DNA of 8,228 nt, taken from the IMG/VR virus record IMGVR_UViG_2675903352_000011, positions 1 to 8,228 of that record; one strand, written 5' to 3'. The first letter of the stretch is position 1; each line of letters opens with the position of its first letter. This document shows positions 1-6,759 of this stretch, in pieces. The position numbers were made by a program, and so were the translations under genes. This DNA comes from a virus (lineage: Duplodnaviria > Heunggongvirae > Uroviricota > Caudoviricetes). The notes under the pieces were generated by a model. The model saw only the letters and a program-made list of their open reading frames with translations. It had not been told where the DNA came from and did no database searches.

Positions 1-154
1 TAACGAGGAAAGACCTCTGCGAGGTACGAATCCGAACCGGCCAGACGGAGGTCGCTGTCTTCACAGCTTACGAACCTGAGGAGTAAGAGACCCGGCGAGG
101 GAGAAATCCCTCGCCACCTCTGATGTGGCAGGCATCCTCAACGCACCCGCACTT

Positions 155-181
155 AACCCGCTTCGGCGGGTTTTTGTTTTT
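155..181 (+). terminator. Rho-independent terminator (GC stem, UUCG tetraloop, T-tract)
   Basis: Seen in sequence: aacccgc / ttcg / gcgggtt stem-loop at 155-172 followed by tttttgtttttatttt. Upstream 100-122 holds a second hairpin (gcgaggga gaaa tccctcgc). No ORF is listed in 1-300. Confidence 0.6.
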
Positions 182-302
182 ATTTTCAACGCGTTTGAAG
201 ATCTGGACGGTGCCGGAATAGAATCAAAAATACTTAAGTAGCGCGCAGGGATAAGAGGGATGGTCCCTTAAAGGGGAGAGCTAATTATCCGGAAGGATTC
301 TG

Positions 303-554
303 ATGATGAACATCGAAGAACTGCGTAAAATTTTTTGTGAAGATGGCCTCTATGCTGTGTGCGTTGAAAATGGAAATCTTGTTAGTCATTACCGCATTAT
401 GTGTTTGCGAAAGAATGGGGCTGCGTTAATTAATTTTGTGGATGGTCGAGTGACAGACGGATTTATCTTGCGCGAAGGTGAGTTTGTCACTTCATTACAG
501 GCACTGAAAGAGATCGGAATAAAAGCAGGCTTTTCAGCTTTTGCAGAAGAATAA
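303..554 (+). CDS. Hypothetical prophage protein, 83 aa, family not recognised
   Basis: ORF with ATG start at 303 preceded by a Shine-Dalgarno-like ggaagga about 6 nt upstream. Translation is protein-like and not low-complexity. I cannot assign a family from memory. Confidence 0.55.
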   Translation: MMNIEELRKIFCEDGLYAVCVENGNLVSHYRIMCLRKNGAALINFVDGRVTDGFILREGEFVTSLQALKEIGIKAGFSAFAEE

Positions 555-620
555 ACTCATCTACAATCTTGCGCGGGGCTGAACTCCCGCTGAGTAACAC
601 CGTGCCACCGGAGAAAACCG

Positions 621-899
621 ATGGCACGCAACGTAAAATATTACAATTCTGATAATTCGCCCGTTCTTGCCTGCACGCACGAGCGGTATTCTCACGCATT
701 CAAGTCTGAATGGTTCCAGCACCCTCCATGCACTGAAGAGCAGGCTGAATGGATAATTCAGTGTTACCGCAGGCGCGGATACGAGGTTAAGAAAGCTCTT
801 AGTCTCGACTACCGTCACTGGATAATCTCAGTCAGATTGCCTTACTCCGAACGCCCATCGCGTCCGTCCCGTACATTCCAGCAACGCATCTGGAGGTAA
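621..899 (+). CDS. Hypothetical prophage protein, 92 aa; possibly the N-terminal fragment of a disrupted longer gene
   Basis: ATG at 621 with GGAG about 8 nt upstream. Same frame as the 1053..1922 ORF; separated from it by a ~150 nt segment that is open only in the +1 frame (901..1098). May be an independent small gene or part of a frameshifted gene. Confidence 0.4.
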   Translation: MARNVKYYNSDNSPVLACTHERYSHAFKSEWFQHPPCTEEQAEWIIQCYRRRGYEVKKALSLDYRHWIISVRLPYSERPSRPSRTFQQRIWR

Positions 900-1052
900 C
901 GTGCGGGTATTACTTCGACCTGTTCTGGTACCGGAACTCGGGCTGGTGGTCGTTAAGCCGGGCCGTGAATCCATGCCGGTATTCCACAATACCCGGGTAC
1001 TGGTGGAGCCGGAACCGAAAAGCATGCGTAATCTGCCGTCCGCCAGCCGCTG

Positions 1053-1922
1053 GTGGAAGACAAAACATTGCTGCCGTTTTTCAGTAACGCACGGGTAATT
1101 CGTGCTGCTGGTGCATTGTCTGACTGGCTGTTGCGCCATATTAAATCCTGCCAGTGGCCACACGGCGATTATCATCACAGCGAAACCGTTATTCACCGTT
1201 ATGGTACCGGCGCAATGGTGTTGTGCTGGCACTGCGACAACCAGCTGCGTGACCAGACATCCGAATCACTCGAGCAACTTGCTCATCAAAACCTGTCAGC
1301 ATGGATGATTGACGTCATCGGTCACGCAATAAGCGGTACGCAGGAGCGTGAATTATCTCTGGCTGAATTATCCTGGTGGGCGGTCCGCAATCAGGTGGCG
1401 GACGCGTTACCGGAAGCGGTATTACGTCGCTCGCTGGGATTACCAGCGGAAAAAAACTGCTCGGTGTACCGCGAAAGCGACATCGTACCGGGAGAGCAGA
1501 CCGCCACCAGCATATTGAAACAGCGCACAAAAAATCTTGCACCGTTGCCTCACGCCCACCAGCAACAAAACCCATCACAGGAAAAGACGGTGGTAAGCAT
1601 CACCGTTGATCCAGAGTCTCCGGAATCTTTCATGAAGCTGCCTAAACGTCACCGTTGGGTTAAGGAGAAATACACACGCTGGGTTAAGACACAGCCGTGT
1701 GCTTGCTGCGGTATGCCAGCCGACGATCCGCATCATCTGATTGGTCACGGGCAGGGCGGAATGGGAACCAAAGCACATGATCTCTTTGTGTTGCCTTTGT
1801 GCAGAAAGCATCACGACGAGTTGCATACGGATACCGTGGCATTTGAAGAGAAGTATGGCTCCCAACTGGAGCTGATTTTTCGATTTATCGATCGCGCGCT
1901 GGCAATTGGTGTGCTGGCCTAA
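1053..1922 (+). CDS. DUF968-type prophage protein (YdfU-like) with C-terminal HNH-like Cys/His motif
   Basis: 289-aa ORF. C-terminal region [22 protein letters not shown]...[10 protein letters not shown] has paired Cys and His-His motifs typical of HNH-like zinc fingers. Position immediately upstream of Q matches nin-region genes of lambdoid prophages. The start is uncertain: the listed start is GTG, and frame-0 is open from 1032. Confidence 0.6.
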   Translation: MEDKTLLPFFSNARVIRAAGALSDWLLRHIKSCQWPHGDYHHSETVIHRYGTGAMVLCWHCDNQLRDQTSESLEQLAHQNLSAWMIDVIGHAISGTQERELSLAELSWWAVRNQVADALPEAVLRRSLGLPAEKNCSVYRESDIVPGEQTATSILKQRTKNLAPLPHAHQQQNPSQEKTVVSITVDPESPESFMKLPKRHRWVKEKYTRWVKTQPCACCGMPADDPHHLIGHGQGGMGTKAHDLFVLPLCRKHHDELHTDTVAFEEKYGSQLELIFRFIDRALAIGVLA

Positions 1923-1939
1923 TTTTGTGGAGTAAGTTG

Positions 1940-2317
1940 ATGCGTGATATTCAGATGGTTCTTGAGCGTTGGGGGGCATGGGCGGCTAATAATCATGAAG
2001 ATGTGACCTGGTCGTCCATTGCCGCCGGTTTTAAGGGATTAATTCCTTCAAAAGTAAGATCTCGTCCGCAATGCTGTGACGATGACGCGATGATCATTTG
2101 TGAATGTATGGCTCGCCTGAAAAAAAACAACAGCGATTTACATGATTTATTGGTGGACTATTATGTCGGCGGCATGACTTTTATGGCGCTTGCACGTAAG
2201 CATGGGCGATCTGATTGTTGGGTTGGCAGGATGCTCCAGAAAGCTGAGGGCGTAGTGGAGGGCATGCTGATGGTGTTGGATCTCCGATTGGAGATGGATG
2301 CTGATTGTTCGAAATAA
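1940..2317 (+). CDS. quuD: Late-gene antiterminator Q (phage 82 / DLP12 QuuD-like)
   Basis: Translation [24 protein letters not shown]...[18 protein letters not shown]... matches my memory of the short Q antiterminator of DLP12-type prophages. ATG at 1940 with GGAG about 9 nt upstream (the ORF track starts at an upstream TTG at 1925). Followed by a short promoter-terminator region as expected for PR'-tR'. Confidence 0.8.
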   Translation: MRDIQMVLERWGAWAANNHEDVTWSSIAAGFKGLIPSKVRSRPQCCDDDAMIICECMARLKKNNSDLHDLLVDYYVGGMTFMALARKHGRSDCWVGRMLQKAEGVVEGMLMVLDLRLEMDADCSK

Positions 2318-2359
2318 TTAAAGGAAAAGTTGCTGTCTGATTTTCATTAGTCTAACATT

Positions 2360-2400
2360 TTAAATGTTGGAATCGCAACGTAGTTATTATCATATAACAG
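2360..2400 (+). promoter_or_regulatory. Candidate late promoter PR' with Q-utilisation region (approximate)
   Basis: Inference from position directly downstream of Q and upstream of a strong terminator. Weak sigma70-like elements: ttggaa at 2367-2372 and tatcat at 2388-2393 (spacing is a short 15 nt); tcatat at 2390-2395 is an alternative. Exact hexamers and TSS cannot be fixed by eye. Confidence 0.3.
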
Positions 2401-2415
2401 CTTGTTTCCTGATTT

Positions 2416-2446
2416 AGCCAGCCTCCCCAAAGGCTGGTTTTTTCTA
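2416..2446 (+). terminator. Rho-independent terminator (tR'-like)
   Basis: Seen in sequence: agccagcc / tccccaaa / ggctgg hairpin followed by ttttttc. Lies about 100 nt downstream of the Q stop. On the minus strand the hairpin is not followed by a U-tract, so it is mainly a + strand terminator. Confidence 0.65.
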
Positions 2447-2471
2447 ATAAGTATCATTTCGGGTGGGGATT

Positions 2472-2996
2472 TTATTGTTTAACCCATAATAGTTCATTGA
2501 CATTGAATCCCAACTTTTGAGCGGTACGCACATAGTCTGCTTTTACATTATCTGGAATAGTTTGGGTCCTTGCCAGAATCCATAGGTATTCTCTGTTCGG
2601 ACCACTGACAAGAGCATACTTATACTCATCATCCAGTTTGATTACATTATAGCCACCATAGAAGGGGCCAAAAAACGAAACTTTCAACGCTGCAGTTTTA
2701 GTATCTCCAGTAAAGTATGCTTTACCTTCGCTCTCGCTCCATTTGTTTTTCGTTGGATCGTATCCACGGTTAAGTACGCGAATCCCTCCGTCGTTCCGTT
2801 TTTCATAAGTAGCGCTGACCTGTTCCAGACCACGTTCGAACCAGTTCTCGAGGCGAGCTATTTCATACCATTTTCCGAGGTAGCGGTTGGCGTCAAAATT
2901 TGTAATCGGCTGCACACCTTTAGGTGGTGTCGGGGCCTTACATGCTATAAGAGTGAAAGAGAGTGCAATGCCAGTCAACACAGGCCATAACTTCAT
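2472..2996 (-). CDS. blc: Bacterial lipocalin (Blc-like) outer-membrane lipoprotein
   Basis: 174-aa translation with signal peptide and lipobox (MKLWPVLTGIALSFTLIAC, Cys followed by K at +2, not an Asp Lol-avoidance signal). Strong resemblance to E. coli Blc motifs: NFDANRYLGKWYEIARLENWFERGLEQVSATY, KAYFTGD..AALKVSFFGPFYGGYNVI, YLWILART. AGGA Shine-Dalgarno 6-8 nt upstream of the ATG on the minus strand. Opposite orientation to the late operon. Confidence 0.85.
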   Translation of the reverse strand: MKLWPVLTGIALSFTLIACKAPTPPKGVQPITNFDANRYLGKWYEIARLENWFERGLEQVSATYEKRNDGGIRVLNRGYDPTKNKWSESEGKAYFTGDTKTAALKVSFFGPFYGGYNVIKLDDEYKYALVSGPNREYLWILARTQTIPDNVKADYVRTAQKLGFNVNELLWVKQ

Positions 2997-3188
2997 AATA
3001 AATCCTGTACTTTTGATAGTTGAGAGTAAGTATGAAAGATAGATGAGTACGACCGATCACTTAAAGAACTTTCCTACTATATTAGGAATAGTCAATAACA
3101 GAAAAATTGTCAGTGATGAAGCCAGAAAGGCAATTTAGTCCGTGCACTACAAAGTTTATGTGTTAATGAATTAGTCAAGGGGGAGGAA

Positions 3189-4148
3189 ATGATAAAAAAA
3201 CCTGTGATTGGGATCAGCGGTTGTTTGGGCGGTTCTGCTGTTCGTTTTGATGGTGGTCACAAAAGAGATGACTTTTTAATGGACAAATTAGTGGAATGGG
3301 TAACATTCAGACCAGTATGTCCGGAAATGGCTATAGGGCTGCCAGTTCCGCGTCCTGCTCTACGACTTGTGCGCTCGAAGCAAGGAAATATACGGATGTG
3401 TTTCAGCCACGACCAGAATGAGGATGTGACAGAGAGAATGACAGAGTTTAGTCGTTCTTATATGGACAAATTAAAGGATGTATCGGGGTTTGTGGTTTGT
3501 GCTAAATCTCCCAGCTGTGGCATGGAGCGCGTGCGTGTCTATGATGAAAATGGTAATCGAGGTCGTAAAGATGGAGTGGGACTATTTACGAGCACTTTGA
3601 TGGAAAAGTTTTCCTGGCTACCGGTTGAAGAGGATGGGCGATTACATGATCCAGTGCTTCGTGAGAATTTTATTGAAAGAGTTTTTGCTTTGCATGAGCT
3701 CAATCACCTTTACAAGGAGAAATTATCAAGAAGAGAGTTATTAGCTTTTCATAGTCGTTATAAGCTTCAGTTGTTGGCGCATAGCCAGGCAGGCTATAAA
3801 GATATGGGACCATTTGTGGCTGCAATACACGAGTGGGCGGACCTTGAATCATACTTTGAGGTGTATCGTGATAATCTGATGGCGATTCTCAGAAAACCAG
3901 CATCACGTAAAAATCACACGAATGTGCTGATGCATATACAGGGGTATTTTAGTAATTACTTAAGTACACGCCAGCGTAAAGAGTTGAGCGAGGTTATACT
4001 TAACTATCGCTTTGGCACATTGCCTCTTCTTGCGCCGTTGACTCTGCTGAAGCATTATCTGGGTGAGTATCCTAATGATTACTTGCTTACACAGAATTAC
4101 TTCGATCCCTATCCGGAAGAACTGGCTCTAAGACTGATGGTGAATTAA
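3189..4148 (+). CDS. DUF523-DUF1722 fusion protein (TudS-like, putative [4Fe-4S] thiouracil/thiouridine desulfidase family)
   Basis: 319 aa. N-terminal PVIGISGCLGGSAVRFDGGHKRD is a DUF523-type motif. Cysteines at about positions 12, 44 and 104 fit the three-Cys ligand pattern I recall for TudS-type DUF523 proteins. The C-terminal half (AFHSRYKLQLLAHSQAGYKDMG...) resembles DUF1722. Strong RBS gggggagg about 5 nt upstream of the ATG. Confidence 0.7.
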   Translation: MIKKPVIGISGCLGGSAVRFDGGHKRDDFLMDKLVEWVTFRPVCPEMAIGLPVPRPALRLVRSKQGNIRMCFSHDQNEDVTERMTEFSRSYMDKLKDVSGFVVCAKSPSCGMERVRVYDENGNRGRKDGVGLFTSTLMEKFSWLPVEEDGRLHDPVLRENFIERVFALHELNHLYKEKLSRRELLAFHSRYKLQLLAHSQAGYKDMGPFVAAIHEWADLESYFEVYRDNLMAILRKPASRKNHTNVLMHIQGYFSNYLSTRQRKELSEVILNYRFGTLPLLAPLTLLKHYLGEYPNDYLLTQNYFDPYPEELALRLMVN

Positions 4149-4545
4149 CTGTATGCGATATCATCTGAAAGTGATGAGTTCCTGTATGCAGGATATTTAC
4201 AATCGTAAAAACTACGCTATGATGCTCATAGTGTCAGTTTTTATAAAAATCCTGTTCACGCTAAAGAAAACATTGAGATGCAATTTAATGTTGGTAAACA
4301 TACCAGCCCCAAAAGATTTTATTCAATCTGTTTTTATATGAAGATATTTCAAGTGAATATTAAGAGCATATAATATTATTATTGCACGCAGCTATTATAA
4401 TATAACAGATTAGTTTAATGATTTGTTTTTTGTGAGTTAAACACATGGTTTTATAGTTGTGATGCAATGAGATTTTCCTTATTGTTGAACTGGCGAATAT
4501 TGATTTTCCACCTATACTTACCTGGTGTAACCCCAATGATATCAG

Positions 4546-5268
4546 GTGGATAATATGCCATACATATGTTCTATCATTTTGGTGTTGAACTCGTTTGGTG
4601 TCCGAATTGGTAAAGAAGATATTTTGTTTAAAAAAGGAAATGCTGTTCTCATTGAATACAATTTAAAAGATCTTTTTTCGTCAAATACAGATCATCTAAT
4701 GATCGTAGATGTTGAGGAGAAAACAGTTAATGATTTCTTTAAAAACTACACACTCTCACCTTTTTCTGTAAGAAGGTTTTATCCGTCATACTTTATAGTA
4801 GAATGTGAAGATTTTTCATTGTTAAAGAACTTGGTTGCATGCTTGAATTGTGATAGCAAAACCGTGGATGTAGTTAGAAATCAAATATCACTTGCATGTC
4901 TTGCTGTCTTATCTTCAGAGAAAATAGTGCAAAGTTTTTTGTTCGGAAGTCTTAATAGCTTAGGTTGTAAAGTTAAGGCTATTATTCACTCGGATATCTC
5001 AGCGTCATGGAGACTTTGTGATATATCTTCAAGATTATATATGAGCGAGAGTTTGTTAAAAAGAAAATTAAAAGATGAAGGATTATCGTTTAGTAAATTA
5101 ATTCTTGAAGAACGAATGATGATGGCGCAAAGATTATTGATCTACAGTAACCATACTGTCGGCAAGGTGGCGGGAATATGCGGGTATGACAATGCATCAT
5201 ATTTTGTAAGTGTTTTTAGAGGATATTTTGGTGTGCCTCCGCACCAATATTTATCAAGATTTTCTTAG
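4546..5268 (+). CDS. AraC-family transcriptional regulator (AppY / YdeO / PatE-like prophage regulator)
   Basis: 240 aa. C-terminal AraC-type HTH signature (SESLLKRKLKDEGLSFSKLILEERMMMAQRLLIYSNHTVGKVAGICGYDNASYFVSVFRGYFGVPPHQY). N-terminus MDNMPYICSIILVLNSFG... resembles the AppY-like subgroup. Very AT-rich gene and upstream region. Start could be M1 or M4. Confidence 0.8.
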   Translation: MDNMPYICSIILVLNSFGVRIGKEDILFKKGNAVLIEYNLKDLFSSNTDHLMIVDVEEKTVNDFFKNYTLSPFSVRRFYPSYFIVECEDFSLLKNLVACLNCDSKTVDVVRNQISLACLAVLSSEKIVQSFLFGSLNSLGCKVKAIIHSDISASWRLCDISSRLYMSESLLKRKLKDEGLSFSKLILEERMMMAQRLLIYSNHTVGKVAGICGYDNASYFVSVFRGYFGVPPHQYLSRFS

Positions 5269-5336
5269 AAGATATGATGTGATGGCATTTTATAAAGTTA
5301 TTTTTTGAAGTGTAAGATTATACGATATTTTTAGCT

Positions 5337-5369
5337 ACGCCAGAATAATTGCTGGCGTTTTTCTTTTTG
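5337..5369 (+). terminator. Rho-independent terminator downstream of the AraC-family gene
   Basis: Seen in sequence: acgccag / aataattg / ctggcg hairpin followed by tttttctttttg. Confidence 0.6.
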
Positions 5370-5458
5370 AATAGATGTTCGGGCCTTACGCTAATGTAAC
5401 TTCTTTCCTTCTTCGAACCAAACCGTGTACACCATCCGTTATCTGCGGAGGTGAGGCT

Positions 5459-5674
5459 ATGAAATCCATGGATAAGTTAACAACGGGCATCGCCTACAGC
5501 ACCTCTGCAGGCAGTGCTGGCTACTGGTTTTTACAGTTGCTCGATAAAGTCACGCCCTCACAGTGGGCGGCAATAGGTGTATTGGGTAGTCTGGTATTTG
5601 GCATGCTGACGTATCTGACAAACCTTTATTTCAAGATTAAAGAAGACAGGCGTAAGGTTGCGAGAAGAGAGTAA
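5459..5674 (+). CDS. essD: Class II holin / pinholin (S21, EssD-like) with dual-start motif
   Basis: 71 aa: [71 protein letters not shown]. Near-identical to my memory of phage 21 S / DLP12 EssD. Met-Lys-Ser-Met dual start is typical of the antiholin/holin pair. Two TM segments and a charged C-terminal tail. ggaggtgagg Shine-Dalgarno directly upstream. The ORF-track extension to 5375 is rejected. Confidence 0.9.
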   Translation: MKSMDKLTTGIAYSTSAGSAGYWFLQLLDKVTPSQWAAIGVLGSLVFGMLTYLTNLYFKIKEDRRKVARRE

Positions 5675-5678
5675 TCCA

Positions 5679-6410
5679 ATGACTCAAGACTATGAACTGG
5701 TTGTGAAAGGAGTTCGCAATTTTGAGAATAAAGTGGCGGTAACTGTAGCCTTACGGGACAAAAAACACTTTGACGGTGAAATTTTTGACCTGGACATCTC
5801 GCTGGACCGTGTTGAAGGTGCCGCGCTGGAGTTTTATGAGGCAGCAGCCAGAATGAGCGTCAGGCAGGTCCTCCTGGGAGTGGCAGAAAAATTGTCAGAA
5901 AAAGTTGAGTCTTATCTGCAGCATCAGTACTCCATTGAGATTGAAAATTCTGCCAATAAACACGATCGTCCTCATCTTGCGGGTTTTGATAGTGCAGTTA
6001 AAGCCAACACCAGGCGCGCAGGGCAGGAAAAAAACGTCGGGGATGACATAAGTCGTGCGGTGGTTACTGTAGAGTTTCCAGGGCATATGGCATCAAGAGA
6101 GAAAGTCGGGAAAGGTGGTGCTCCTGTGCTGACGAAAAGAATCGGCAGCAAGGTCAGTGTCTGGCTTGATAATGAAGAAATGTTGTCGGTTATGTACAAG
6201 GAAGACTACGACCCGAAAACAACGTTCAGCGACTATGAAGCGAGAGCAAAAAAGTATGCCTTGTTGATAGTTGCCGCGATGCGAGCCGTAAATGAGCGAC
6301 AACGCCACCACGAAAATGGGGTGGCGTTTGTTGCTAAAGCTGTTCAGCAAACTATTGATGGTATGACGACGAAGTTTCTTCAGGAATTAAAATTGTCTCA
6401 GCAAGAGTAA
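5679..6410 (+). CDS. Unknown-function protein (243 aa) inserted between holin and endolysin
   Basis: ATG at 5679, 4 nt after the holin stop, suggesting co-transcription or translational coupling with the late lysis operon. The ORF-track start at 5658 is a TTG inside the holin gene. No family recognised; no obvious TM segments; no nuclease, NTPase or HTH motif I can identify by eye. Confidence 0.6.
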   Translation: MTQDYELVVKGVRNFENKVAVTVALRDKKHFDGEIFDLDISLDRVEGAALEFYEAAARMSVRQVLLGVAEKLSEKVESYLQHQYSIEIENSANKHDRPHLAGFDSAVKANTRRAGQEKNVGDDISRAVVTVEFPGHMASREKVGKGGAPVLTKRIGSKVSVWLDNEEMLSVMYKEDYDPKTTFSDYEARAKKYALLIVAAMRAVNERQRHHENGVAFVAKAVQQTIDGMTTKFLQELKLSQQE

Positions 6411-6633
6411 CGCATGATTCGGCAATCAATTTGTTCATTTCGTCTAAAACTTCCTGCGGGGTTTCCAGGGATTCGGGTAATTTTATTGATGAAAAAGTGT
6501 TAGCTGATTTAGTAAGCAAATCTTTAATAATTGCTTTTTTCTCATCTGGTAAAGCGTTAACTAGGAGTATGACAACCTGTCTGATGGCCAGAATATCAGC
6601 AAAAGCTTTTTTAGATAAATAAGTATCGCTCAT
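6352..6633 (-). CDS. Unknown-function small protein (93 aa), convergent to and 3'-overlapping the 243-aa gene
   Basis: ATG (minus) at 6633 with AAGGA Shine-Dalgarno about 4-5 nt upstream. Translation MSDTYLSKKAFADILAIRQVVILLVNALPDEKKAIIKDLL... is helical and charged, not antisense junk. Very AT-rich. Last ~19 codons overlap the 3' end of the + strand 243-aa gene (6352-6410). Confidence 0.5.
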   Translation of the reverse strand: MSDTYLSKKAFADILAIRQVVILLVNALPDEKKAIIKDLLTKSANTFSSIKLPESLETPQEVLDEMNKLIAESCVTLAETILIPEETSSSYHQ

Positions 6634-6759
6634 ATGTTGTCCTTACTGTTTGTTCTGTGATCTTCACATTGTCAGTATTACCCCTGCGAGGAACTACCTG
6701 CCGGGCTGAGTACTAAACATATCCAGGGTTCAGGAACCGATAAATCCTGATAAATATCC

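Noticed and set aside
1-150. Possible tRNA or tmRNA fragment at the window start
   Set aside because: The tacgaatcc segment loosely resembles a T-loop, but no 5-bp T-stem, anticodon arm or acceptor stem can be drawn on either strand; treated as structured UTR or possible sRNA instead.
487-818. Minus-strand ORFs 487..699 and 561..818
   Set aside because: Overlap the 303..554 and 621..899 + strand ORFs antisense; no RBS; composition typical of chance ORFs.
1102-1609. Plus-strand alternative-frame ORFs 1102..1308 and 1376..1609 inside the DUF968 gene
   Set aside because: Out-of-frame overlaps with a longer ORF that has a recognisable motif; low-complexity translations.
828-1979. Minus-strand ORFs 828..1232, 1315..1578 and 1575..1979 antisense to the DUF968-region genes
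   Set aside because: Translations are Ser/Thr/Arg/Gly-rich and look like antisense read-through of GC-rich coding DNA; they fully overlap better-supported + strand genes.
4153-4341. 62-aa ORF in the intergenic region after the DUF523-DUF1722 gene
   Set aside because: Extremely AT-rich, hydrophobic and low-complexity translation, no convincing RBS; most likely a chance ORF in AT-rich spacer DNA.
5375-5458. N-terminal extension of the holin ORF (99-aa version starting at 5375)
   Set aside because: The 71-aa version from ATG 5459 has a strong ggaggtgagg RBS and reproduces the known MKSMDK dual-start holin N-terminus; the extension has no RBS and is not holin-like.
2318-5458. Shiga toxin genes, tRNA genes or a porin in the Q-S moron position
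   Set aside because: None of the ORFs there resembles StxA/StxB or an OmpC/NmpC-type porin, and no tRNA-like cloverleaf was seen; the cargo is lipocalin, TudS-like protein and AraC regulator.
5895-6350. Three minus-strand ORFs (5895..6086, 5972..6199, 6093..6350) antisense to the 243-aa gene
   Set aside because: Each is short, overlaps its neighbours in different frames and lacks a start context; the + strand 243-aa ORF is the better coding hypothesis. Not to be confused with the 93-aa minus ORF at 6352..6633, which has a good RBS.
6431-6622. Plus-strand 63-aa ORF antisense to the 93-aa minus-strand gene
   Set aside because: Hydrophobic low-complexity translation with no RBS; the minus-strand ORF has the RBS and a more protein-like sequence.
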